Assembly (NCBI GenBank): GCA_030141605.1
Contig: JAQGDQ010000401.1
Span: 62,001 to 126,000, forward strand
Reading direction: 5' to 3'
DNA: 64,000 bases
From: Tubiluchus corallicola
Taxonomy: Eukaryota > Animalia > Priapulida
Position 1 is the stretch's first letter; every line of letters begins with the position of its first letter. The notes beneath the pieces are model-generated. The model worked only from the letters and a program-made list of their open reading frames with translations, was not told the origin of the DNA and did not search any database. The translations under genes and the position numbers were made by a program. Positions 1-12,600 of the stretch are shown here, piece after piece.

Positions 1-1300
1 TGCCATTGATGGTTTATTTTTCGAATCGGGCCCACCCGGACGAACGAGGGGCCAAAAATGGCCATTGTTCGCGCGTTTTTTGCAAAACGTATACCTCTTA
101 TTTCTGAAGAATGTCAATGGGCCGGGGGCGGTGCCAACTATCCATAGATAGCCCGTTCAGCGGTGGGTGTAGTAGGCGTACTTAGAATTTGCGAGAAGGC
201 CACAGCGTCCCTTAACAGTGCAGAAAAACGTTCTAGCGGCGCCTGGTGGGACTCTCGAAGGGAGATGTATAACTCTTCAGAAAGAGGAAGGACTACATGA
301 TGATGTGGACTATATTTTAGGTCAGGTCCGCCAAGAGGAGTGTCGATGAGTTAATTAGAGGTTCTATTTTCTGCAATTTTCGTTGGGAAAACTGCTGACG
401 CAAAGTCATTGTTCTGACGTCATCCATTATACTCTGTCTATAACCTTTTAACTTTAATTCACTAAAAGCTGTTGCTGCCGGCTTTGCGTTAGGTAAATAA
501 ACTAACACTAGGTAGAATGTTCGCGCATTGTTGATAAGTGAATTTATGCGCAAAATATTTTGCGAGGCCTTTGCTAGTGTCTATAAACTATTTCTCTGGT
601 TGGCTATGATCACCAGCCAGTTGACAGCACATCCAGTTTTGCGAGACAAATCTTCGACTGGGGGAGAGATTTACTGTCACCATCCAGATCGGATCGCGAT
701 ACTCACAGTCATGCTGGAGAGGAGGTGTCGTTGGGGTATCGATCGGATGGGACTCCAGGTTTGATAGAAGCGTCGCCAGGTAATGAGTTGTGTGGCTTCT
801 CGTATGAGAGCGAAGTAATATTTAACCTGCCTTGTGCATGTATGCCTAAAAAGCCTGTTGCTTCTGCATTGACTAATCATACTAATGCGTATACTAATAA
901 TATGCCAGGTGATGGCCCAGCGGTTACCAGCGGTGCATCTTACGGAGTGGAGGGGCCTCAGCGGCCGACAAGTACTGTGCCGAAGCGTGCGCTGTCGAAT
1001 AAAGCAACAGATAGCGCTGGAATGAAAAGCTTGTAGGAGTAAAGGAAAGCTGTGTTAAACAGTGAGTTTGCTTAAAGTGGGGATTAATTTACTAAATTAA
1101 TAATTTAAGATTAAATACTTTACGATGCGAGATTAAATTATCGTCGTGGCTAGAAGAATAGTTAGGTGTGGCATCACGTGATCAGCTGATATTCCACCGG
1201 CTGACTCAGAAGTAAAGATTGATAATGTTTTGAGGCCCGCACCTCGAGCAGATTAGGAACCGACTTGGAGACGGAGGGCTGGCATTACCATCCTCTTTAA
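1..1300 (-). mobile_element. GC-richer block, possibly a decayed LTR-retrotransposon gag region
   Basis: Composition differs from the rest of the window. Stop-interrupted minus-strand frames show only weak gag-like resemblance; no LTR or PBS confidently seen. Confidence 0.25.
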
Positions 1301-3575
1301 TAAATGTGCACTTTATTAAATAAAGTCTTGATAGTTTGCCATGCCCATTGTGGCTACCTTACACGCCACGCAATAAACAACAATAATCAGCAAGCAGCTT
1401 TAACTACTATAATAAACAGACTTTAACGCAACCACTATACCAATTATTTTACTGTAGGCCTTCAATTCGCTTACCTAAAGTACACGCCAAGTGTGCAGTA
1501 AATAAAATAACATAACGTGCAACCTTCTGGCGGAAGAAGTGGAGATTCTAGAATGACGCATTTCACAAATACAGTCGCAACAGTTTTTGTGCCAAAGCAT
1601 ATATATAAATGAAGTGAATTAATAGTAGGTCTAATTCCTACGAGCCAGTTTGGGTCCTAGAAAAAAATCCAGTGATTCTTCACTCACTTCAGCTGTCGCA
1701 CTTTTTTAAACTCTAGTGCATTTACCCCAATGACTTGAAATTTGGAAGAAATGATTAGTTACGATGTCCTTGGTCTAAAAAATTGTAACAATGCGTGTGT
1801 TAATTAACTACAGTTGTTTCAATAAGTAATTTTTAGATTCACTGAAAAAATTATGAAGAGCTGACGTGTATGGTGCCAAATCTTTACACGTGGGTGTTAC
1901 TTTTGGTAAAGACCTAGTTATTGATCTGATGATAAGGCCCATCATCTGATTTTGTAATAACTTTCTGGTTTGTAAAGTTTATATTGTAAGCTGCAAATTT
2001 GAGGTTTAAATTTATACAAATACTGGCAGGCTTATAATGTACTCAGTGTAAATTAACTTTGGGAAGAAAACAATAGTGAGACCTTGCCTATCTAATTTTC
2101 TATTTTTTGCACAATCTATTCATTTACACTTATTGTTTTATCACATTCAAGTTTATATAGCTTACACCAAATTGATGCTATCGTTAGACACAGCTGTGGA
2201 TATGCACGTAAAATAGCTACATATATGATGTTACTAATTGAGATTTTAGTAATGCAGAATTCTCTGTAAAGTAATTTAATGTATACATATAACAAGAACA
2301 GCAAAATCATTAATTAAAGCAATATTTTAACACTGTTTTTTAAATACTGCTATAACACTGCCATATATATATAGTATACATGTGCCACTCTTGAAATACA
2401 AAAAAGTCATAAGAACAGCACCAGCAGACACATTTTACATTTTTTGGTACATTTCATGGTGGGTATCAAATTCTAAGAGCTAGACTTGCCAAGATGCTTT
2501 TTAAATACCGCACTAAAATTGCGTCATCCTGAGGTTCATATTTCCCGAACTAACAGAGCTGATGAAATCACCCGGTAGGCTAAAACTGGACGCAATTATT
2601 TTCTTAGTCTTCTTTAAAAAATTACAGCAAACAGTCGTTAATCCAGATATTATCTTCCAACCATTATGGTCACAGCAGTACTATTACAGTTTAGTATTGT
2701 TGGTAAATAATACATACATGAGAATATATACTGGTCCAGCAAGATCAATGACTGTTCATGTGTCTAACAGTCTCTTTTTCACTGACTTGACCATGACATA
2801 TACTCCATTCTTTTATGCAAGAAAGGAAGAAACTTGATTGAAACTAGTTAGAACTACAAGACCATAAAGACAAATTTTCGCTATTACGTAAATTATAGTA
2901 TATTCTATCATAAACAGGTTGTGAAAATGTCAAAGTAAAGTAATATGGAGAAACTGCATTAGCAATATTGTAAAATAAAGACATTTTGTGAATGTATCTT
3001 CTGTGTGCCATCTTTTACCAAGAAAGGCTAGCTTTTGCTTTTGACTAGTTTAATAATGTTTACATTTCATTATATACTGTACCTATTTGTTCTTTTTCTT
3101 GAAATTGGCATGATGTAGATAATGTTGACTATTCTTGACTATAATGTTGTTAATGTCTTTCCTTTGGGAAGTATCCCAAAAGTGAACAATGCTTGATGTT
3201 CTTAAATAAGTTTATTGTGTTAATAGTGAAGACTGATCTTTCTTACTCCTTCTCTTCCATCCTTGTTTCCCCAATTTTGATCTGTAACGTATGACTGTTA
3301 CATTCACGTTGCACTATAGTATACGATTACTAGCATTCAACTGCCTGTTGTTGCTTGTTAATATGAAAACTTTTGTAGTAACAACTAGGCATTGGTGGGG
3401 GTTATATGTCAGTGCTATTGCCATAGCTTTAATTATTTATGGGCAGAGTAAGAAACGGTATGCTTCATTGTATGGTTCGTTTTAGAATATTGTATACCAG
3501 TGAACAAATTTTTCATTGCATTGCAGTTATAGGTTCACTTCAGTGTACTCTCAGTTTTATGCCTACTAACTGATT

Positions 3576-3654
3576 ATGTATGGTTCTTGTATGACAATTA
3601 TTATACTTGTGGCATACCAAGCCGGGATAAAATTTTCTTCAAGTACTACCCCAG
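3576..3654 (+). CDS. Candidate first coding exon / signal peptide 1 (MYGSCMTIIILVAYQAGIKFSSSTTP)
   Basis: In-frame TAA 9 nt upstream of the ATG; short hydrophobic core IIILVA; phase-1 donor CAG|gtaggc joins in frame to ShK exon 5466; conserved paralog at 24396. Confidence 0.65.
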
Positions 3655-6600
3655 GTAGGCTAGTAGACAAACTATATTTTATGCATCTATTTTTACATAT
3701 TGTTGTTCAAAAACAATGTTATAAAACAGCTTTGTTCTATTTATTCTATACTATGCATGAGCTACTTAAATGCTATCCCAGGTAAACTATTAGACAAAGC
3801 GTTTTTATTTATACTTAAACTACTTGATTCAAAGTTGAATCAGTGGTGATTTAAGTTTGTCTTTTGGTTAACAAATTTAAACGTATTGGTGGATGTCACG
3901 AATGGGTAAAAAAATTGGTGGATGTCACGAATGGGTAAAATTATTTGTGGATGTCACGAATGGGTAAAATTATTGGTGGATGTCACGAATGGGTAAAAAC
4001 CATTTTTAGTTTCCCATATTCACATCCATAACTGAAATATCCCTGGTGATCGGCTTAATGTCAAAACCCATTATACTGCTGCAAGCATGCCACATTGAAT
4101 ATTTGTTGATTTTACATTGTGATGTTGATTTTACACGTTTTAAAACGACATGGTTCTACGATTGCTGAATGCATTTCAGTGCTCCAAGTCATGTAGTAAT
4201 CTATTACTAATTAATGTATTACCAGTTAAGCCAATACGTGTATCTTGCATCAAAAGCTTCAATCGTCTATTTGACGTCTTGCGTTCATTCGGGTACAGAT
4301 GTCAGTTCTATGTATTCCCACCATGAACTTAGGTCATGGCATTTGGTGTACAGCCGCTATGAGAAGATGAAAGTCGAATCTGGCATCCTTGTGTTTACAT
4401 AGGTGTGCCGTACATAACGGCAAAATAGTGTTAACAAGTTGGCCTGTTAATGTTGCATAATGCATCCACGCGTAGCAGGATCAATGGAAAGTTCCTAACC
4501 ACTGAATCGACGTCAGACCTATACAGTGGAGAGGTATAAAATACATCATTGCTTTATAGTTAAAAATGCTATGCATTCAGCCTCTGCACTCTTCCAGCAA
4601 ACTGAGCATTGCAGCATACCTGTTACATAACTAATAAGCTTTTTCACAGTTGCTGTCGGTCATAGGTTAAGTGAACCCCAGCAACATGTCTTAACTACAA
4701 CCGTCACATGACATGTGGGTAAAGCAAAGCCATCTGCCACATCAGTTCAGTGACTTCAGTTAATCATTAGTATAGAGGACTTAAAAAGTATGGTAAACAG
4801 TCTTTTTTGGACACATATTACTTCTCTTGTAATATTATTGATTGTTATGTGTGTGAACTATACTCTTGAAATGTTATAATTGTAACTGTAACCATTTTCT
4901 AGTTAATTATGTTTTTGTAATAGACATGACTGCTGTATTTACATGTTTTTCTTTGCATAATAATGCATATAAGATACATTTACTATATAACTCCACAAGT
5001 GAGTTGATGCCATGGTTTCACATTTCTTTATTATCTACATTATTATCTATGTAACTCTGTAAGTGGGTCACTTTCCTTTGGGTGGCCTGTACATTACAGG
5101 TCTCCCTGGCCAATTTATTCTTTGTATCTTCTTTTATTATTGTGCTAATTTGTTATGGCTAAATAAATACATATTTGACAGGATCTTGCTTGGGAACATG
5201 AAAAAATGAAATAGATAAGGTTCTAGCTAGCTGTTAATACTGTTACTATTACAATAGCGTGGGCTGATTGTCAAGTGTACAGTTTCACTTAACCTTTGAC
5301 CTTTTCAGGATCATCATAAATTGCTGGAACTGTGAAAAAACTTATTGATTTGCCTCAACCTCAGCACAATACACTGAACTAAAATTTTCTTGCATATTGT
5401 GGTGAAACCAGATATGAAACTACACCTGTACTGAAAAGAACTGAAAACTTTGCTTGTAATTACAGAATGTAAAGATGACCATTATAATTGTGAATACTAC
5501 AGTGATCAGGGCGAATGTGAGAACAATCCAGGTTGGATGGCAGACAATTGCAGGAAATCTTGCAGATATTGTTGCACTGGTAAACATTTATAAGCAGTTT
5601 ATTGTTTATCTTTATTTATTGCTATACAGTTATATTTACCTTAAATATATCACACTTTTTAGTTTTTAACAATGTATTTATTGCATTTTAGTTTTTACGA
5701 ATTAGTGCGGTTGATTATTTAGAGTTGAGATTAATCCTCGTAAAGTAGTTAATAAGTCCACAAAGTTATTAATTGCTGTAATAATAAGTCCACAAAGTTA
5801 ATACAACAATTAATAAGTTTGCAAAGTTATTACAACAATTAATTTGTCCACAGAGTTATTACAGCAGTTCTAATAAAAGTATTTAAAACATTTTCTTGCT
5901 ATGCAGGAATCTTAGGAAACAAAAAGAACATAACCAACAATGTGATAAACATGCCTACTGGCATTTATTTAGAAATTCTCCAGGATATGTTTCCCCAATG
6001 GTCATTTTCATTACTTCATATAAACATAATCTATTTGTTTTGTGCTTTTGTAGATTTTGGATTGAAAATGAGTATTAAGAATGGGCAAAACATATCCTGC
6101 AGAATTTCTAAATAAATACCAGTAGGCATGTTTATCACATTCATTGGAGATTTTGTTTTCGTAAAGATATTTAAAATTTAAAATTACATTAATTTTGTCA
6201 CAGATAATCAGATGCTGATAACCACGAAGGCAAAGGAAGAACTTAACTTCTAAGAAGTCATTGAATCATAATGTAAATCATTTAATGTAAATAATATGTA
6301 ATAAGCCTAATATGTCTTAACATATGTTAAAATTTGAATAAAATTACAATCAAAATAATTTTTAAAATCATTATAAAGTTGTTTCTCAAAAATTTGTTTT
6401 TACAGTGGGGCCGGAACCTTGCAGGGATGAAATGTACAGTACGGATGGCACTGGTGATGTAACAAACTGTGCAATCTGGGCTAGTCAAGGCGAATGTGTT
6501 AATAATCCTAATTTCATGCTATACAGGTGCAAACTATCATGTGGTGTTTGTACAGGTAAGCTATTACAATCTTGTCATGAACAGCATCAGGGATGTAGCT

Positions 6601-9600
6601 AGGTAAGTGTTTTGTTTGCATTACAGGTTTAACTTTGATTTCAACAGCATCTCAGGAACCTCTTAATAGCTTAAACACTAATAATTAAGAAGAACAGTTT
6701 TTCAATCTTATTGATTATAAAGCTCCAAATGTAATTTTGTTTTCATAAATGTCCTCGTAAAGTATAGCTTTGAAGTGTAGTCTTGATAAAGAAATTGTAC
6801 AATTAAGAAAGGAAAAATACAATGTTTCCAGCTACCACAGTAGTTTATCCTCATGTAAAAAAAATTCACATAGAATTACTCATGCTAACTTTTTATTTTT
6901 TTGAAATGTATTGTCATGCCTAAAAAGGACACAAAAATGTCACGCTTAATTTCATTAATTGTCATTAACCATCGTCACTAAGTGACATTAAGAATTAAAT
7001 TTGTGTTATTGAATTGTATTCATTAGGTGATTTCTTACCTTATGAACCTTGTGATGTGAACGAATGTGGTGCTGGAGATCCTACACATAATTGCGATCCT
7101 AACTTTGGCAGCTGCACTAATACTAATGGAAGTTTTACGTGTCAGTGCTTAGAGGGATCTATTGACATAAGCACACCAGAAGATGGTCCAGGAACAACTT
7201 GCTCGGGTAAGAACAAATAAATGTGTAAATGATTAGTACTTTTGGATCTGGAATAAGCAGTGATGGTACTGTTGATATTATTGTTGTTGTTGTTCTAGCA
7301 TTTATCTTTAAAAGCTATCACAGGCCACAGTTTTCATTGTACAGTATAACGCTTTGAAGTTTACAGCAAGCAGTGCTAATGCATGATCTCACAAATGTGT
7401 GTGCCACATCTCAGCTGAAGAACATCTGAACTGAGAGGTACAGTGCCCTTTTTATGCAATGCATTTCCAAGATGGAGGTGCTAATGCCCACCTAACTAGT
7501 GAATGGCAAGATACATGTAACAGCAAAGAACTAGCCGTACGAACATGAAATTACATTTGTATGGTAATAATTCTTTCATGTATGTCATTCAGTAAAACCA
7601 GTATGTTCCTTTTCAATGTTTTATGAGGTAGATTGTTAATGAATTACTGTAAAATTTGAATACCTATGTGTCAAAAGTTGCTTTATTATTCTGTAAAGTA
7701 GTGCTATTCAGCAGGGGTGGGCGGTCCACCCAAGGGTGGACCAAATTTGGCTAAAGGTGGACCAGGAATGCGGAATTCTACTCGCAATTCATATTGGTAC
7801 TATTTTGGCCAATGGACATTTTCCCATAGGACAAGAAGTGTGAAAAATTGAGTTTTTCTTGTATACTGGCCAAAGAATAGCAAATATTGAAAAAGAATTC
7901 ACTGTACACCATCCCTAACATAAAATAAGCAAGACGCAAGTAAAAAAATTGTTTGGTATTTTGTTACTATGGCAACCGTTGACTGTTTGTTGGTACATCA
8001 GCCAAAATTTGTAAAGAAATATGTTACTTCTGCATTGAAATGACTGTATTGCAGCCACGAAGTTATTTTTTAGAAAAAACACTTATCTTATGGCGGGTGA
8101 AATTAAGAAAACTTTGCCAATTTGTAGCAGCCATGTAAATGTGCATTATTAATAATAGTAATTATAAGTTGTGGTTTCGCTGGCTTTGTGTGTATCTGGC
8201 TTTTAATCAGAAGAGCTTAACCATTCAGGTGCTAGTATAAAACCACGTCAAGCTGTAATATAATTATGCAAGTGATAACGGCAACAGCAGTGACAATGGC
8301 AATGGTACAAAAATGTATTCGGTCTCTAAAACTGTACTATAATCCTGTGGCATGAAGTGATTAAATTAATGCAAATCCTTAGTTTTGATTCATTTTAAGG
8401 CTTATTAATAATTATTTACATGATAATAGTTTAATAAATATTATGTTATTTAATAAATAAATAATAATAAGGCTTAGTTAAACAAACTTTTGTTTCAATT
8501 TTCTGCCGGGTGGACCAGTTCAGAACTTAGGGCTGTTAGGGTGAACCGGTCTGAAAAAGATTGAATACCACTGCTGTAAAGCAAAGAAACAAATCTTTAA
8601 AGTAGTTTTTAAATTAATGGACTTACTAGGCTGCAACTGAAAATATGTCTCTGTTGTGTACTGCTTGTTTTCAGAATGCAGGACTTTCTAGGTTCCTGCT
8701 TGTGTCCAAGTGAGACAGAGTTGCCAATCACGCTATTCCTTTGCCAGGCACTGTACTGTTTAACCCCTCAAGCCCCATAAGACCAGCAAAAACTGGGGTC
8801 ATTATAAAATCGTAAATACAGTATTACTACTTCACTTGTAAATGGTTGGCTAGCCTATCTAGCTGTTCGCTTGTAAAGCATCTGGTGATTGGCTGAATTG
8901 AACACTCCTGTGGACTTATTTGGTTTGTCTGTAATTTTCAGCAAAAAACTGATTTACTAGGTTCTTATTTGCCAATAACTCGCCTAATAAGCCTCAGATC
9001 GTCAAATTGTTTGGTGACAAGATGCATCATTATATTAAGAATAATCCTTTTTTGCCAAAAAATGGATTTACTAGGTTTTTTGTGAAAATAGGAGAAATGT
9101 ACCTGTTAAAAGGATCTGCTGCACTAATATGTTGCTGTGGTTTGTTTTGTTCTGATGTATAAATGGATCTCTCGCAACAATGTGCATTTTAAATTTTTTT
9201 TAAAAGTGGGTCATGACAGCAGTAAATGCTTCTTATGGAAATCATTAACTTTATAAGAAACGAGTAATTTTGATATGCCGCATCCAAATGCATTAGTGCT
9301 TCCATTGTAGTTATTTAAAGTGTTGAACAGAATGCTGTAGTCTGAATTGGTAGCACTAGTAAAGCATTGAACTCGAAATTGTTGTTGAAATGGAACTGAA
9401 ATTTTGTTAGACAGTTGACTAGGCACTATACTAGATTTGGCAAATTAATTCCTAAAACACAAATACCCTCTGTAATACATGAACGTTCTAGACAGAGTCT
9501 ATTCCATTTTTTACCTGTTTAAGGATGGTCACATGCTGATAGATATAGTATTTACATATTGAAGCCAGTTTAAGAACAAAGATAATCTCATTATTATAAT

Positions 9601-12600
9601 ATATTCTTGTCTGATATTGTCTATGGCATAGACAAACATATAATTGCATCCTGTGTCCCGGTGCCTTTTTATGTAGTTACTTCCCTTAACTTTAGAACAT
9701 GTCTATGCCTCTGGGCAGCGTATAAGGGGCGACTTGTTGATGATGGCTTTATGGCTTCAAAATAAACAATGAATGAAATGTAATACCTAATAAACAGTGA
9801 ATTCAGTGAAGCAATGTGCAGATTTAAATTAATGCACTGCAGGGGCAGCATAGCATAGCTGTCTCTATTTTGCCTCTTCTGTCTACTTACTCTCTGTTTC
9901 ACCTCTTTTTTTCAATTCGCTTAACAGTTTTTTACACTAGCTACTATGCATCATTACACTAAGGAAGTAACGTGACACTTTGTGACAGACCTGATATGCT
10001 CAATGTTTAGAAGAAATAAGAATGCATGCCTTAATACAAAACCAAAACATACAACACTGTCTGGTAAAAATTAATAACCCTATAACAATAAGCCTTTCAC
10101 AGTTTCAGCAGTTGATGATGATCATGAAAAGGTCAAAAGGTTACCAGACAGCGCATTTGTATAAACTTGACCATGCTTGTAATTGCAGGATGTAAAGACT
10201 ACCACTATAATTGTGAATACTGGAGTGATCAGGGTGAATGTGAGAACAATCCAGGTTGGATGGCAGCCAATTGCAGGAAATCTTGCAGATATTGTTGCAC
10301 TGGTATACATTTATAAACACTTTATTTTTTATTTCTATTCATTGCTACAGTTATATTTACCTTAAATATATCACACTTTTTAGTTTTTAACAATGTATTT
10401 AATACATTTTAGTTTCTATGAATTTGTGTCATTATGGTCAGTAATAATGATTGTGATTCAGTGGCTTCTTGGCTTGCTAACCTAGTTTACTATAATGGCT
10501 CAAAGGCATTCTTGAGTTATTTCAAAAAGTTGCTGTGTTTAGCAGAGAATTTGAACATCAGTACGGTTTATTATTTCGAGTTGAGATTAATGCTCGTAAA
10601 GTAGTTAATAAGTCCACAAAGTTATTACAGCAATTAATATCCACAAAGTTAATACAACAATTAATAAGTTTGCAAAGTTATTACAACAATTAATTTGTCC
10701 ACAGAGTTATTACAACAGTTCTAATAAAAGTATTTAAAATATTTTCTTGCTATGCAGGAATCTTAGGAAACAAAAAGAACATAACCAACAATGTGATAAA
10801 CATGCCCACTGGCATTTATTTAGAAATTCTCCAGGATATGTTTCCCCAATGGTCATTTTCATTACTCCATATAAACATAATCTATTTGTTTTGTGCTTTT
10901 GTAGATTTTGGATTGAAAATGAGCATTAGGAATGGGCAAAACATATCCTGCACAATTTCTAAATAAATACCAGTAGGCATGTTTATCACATTCATTGGAG
11001 ATTTTGTTTTTGTAAAAATATTTAAAATTTAAAATCGCATTAATTCTGTCACAGATAATCAGATGCTTATAACTATGATGGCAAACCAAGAACTTGGCTT
11101 CTAAGAAGTCATTGAATCATAATGATTTTTATGTACGTAGAACCAACAGCAGTGACATCAGTGTTTTAGAAACCAATGAACAATAAATATACCGTCTATG
11201 TACAAAATTTAATGAAAATAATATGTAATACGCCTAATATGTCTTAACACAAGTTAAAAATTTGAATAACATTACAATCAAAATAATTTTTAAAATCATA
11301 AAGTTGTTTCTCAAAAATTTGTTTTTACAGAGGGGCTGGAACCTTGCAGCGATGAAAAGTACAGTACGGATGGCACTGGTGATGTAACTGGTGACTGTGC
11401 AATCTGGGCTAGTCAAGGCGAATGCGTTAATAATCCTAATTTCCTACTATACAGGTGCAAACTGTCATGTGGTGTTTGTACAGGTAAGCTATTACAATCT
11501 TGTCATGAACAGCATCGGGGATGTAGCTAGGTAATGATCCACAGTACATTGTTTGTAAAAATAGGGTTAAAATTACATCATTTGTGGTATAGTATGTGCT
11601 TCACCAATATGTCTGACCTGAATGTGGTTTTAATTTTCCAACTGATTTGTAATTGAATATTTCTAGTTGGCTTGCAAAAGTGCTGTGACAATGGTACAAG
11701 GTTTCGTTGAAACATAAACAATAATTTGCCATGGTTTTATCAACAGCAGTGTTTTGTTTGCATTACAGGTTTAACTTTGATTTCAACAGCATCTCAGGAA
11801 CCTCTTAATAGCTTAAACACTAATAATTAAGAAGAACAGTTTTTCAAAGACTGGTTTTTTGCTTAGTTATTTCGATTGTATTGCTTGTAAATGTATGGCT
11901 GTATGTGTCTTCTTTGATTATAAAGCTCCCAATGTAATTTTGGTTTCATAAATGTCCTCGTAAAGTATAGCTTTGAAGTGTAGTCTTGATGCAGAAACTG
12001 TACAATTAATAAAGGAAAAAATACAATGTTTCAAGCTACCACTGTAGTCTGTAGATAAACCGCAGTGGTAGTTTGAAAAATCATGTTCTTCCTCTCTTAA
12101 TTTTAGGATTTTTTTTCATTAATTGTCACTAATTAACCTTAAAAAATAAATTTGTGTTATTGAATTGTATTCATTAGGTGATTTCTTACCTTATGAACCT
12201 TGTGACGTGAACGAATGTGGTGCTGGAGATCCTACACATAATTGCGATCCTAACTTTGGCAGCTGCATTAATACTAATGGAAGTTTTACCTGTCAGTGCA
12301 TAGATGGAGCTATTGACATAAGCACACCAGAGGATGGTCCAGGAACCACTTGCTCGGGTAAGAACCAATAAATGTGTACATGAATAATACTTTTGGATCC
12401 GGAATAAGCAGTGATGGTACTGTTGGTGTTGTTCTAGCATTTATCTTTAAAAGCAATCACAGGCCACAGTTTTCATTGTATGAGGCTGAAATCTTGTCTG
12501 AAGGTTATAGGGCCTTTTAGCAGACCATAGCAGAGCGAGACTTTTTTACTTTGTCGAAAGTGTTATCACGCTATTCCTTTGCCAGGCACTGTACTGCTTA

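Noticed and set aside
1596-1615. TATA-like catatatataaatg as the gene promoter
   Set aside because: Common by chance in AT-rich DNA; no supporting first-exon evidence.
3885-3999. 29-bp repeats as a CRISPR array
   Set aside because: Units are contiguous with no unique spacers; eukaryotic intron context; no cas genes.
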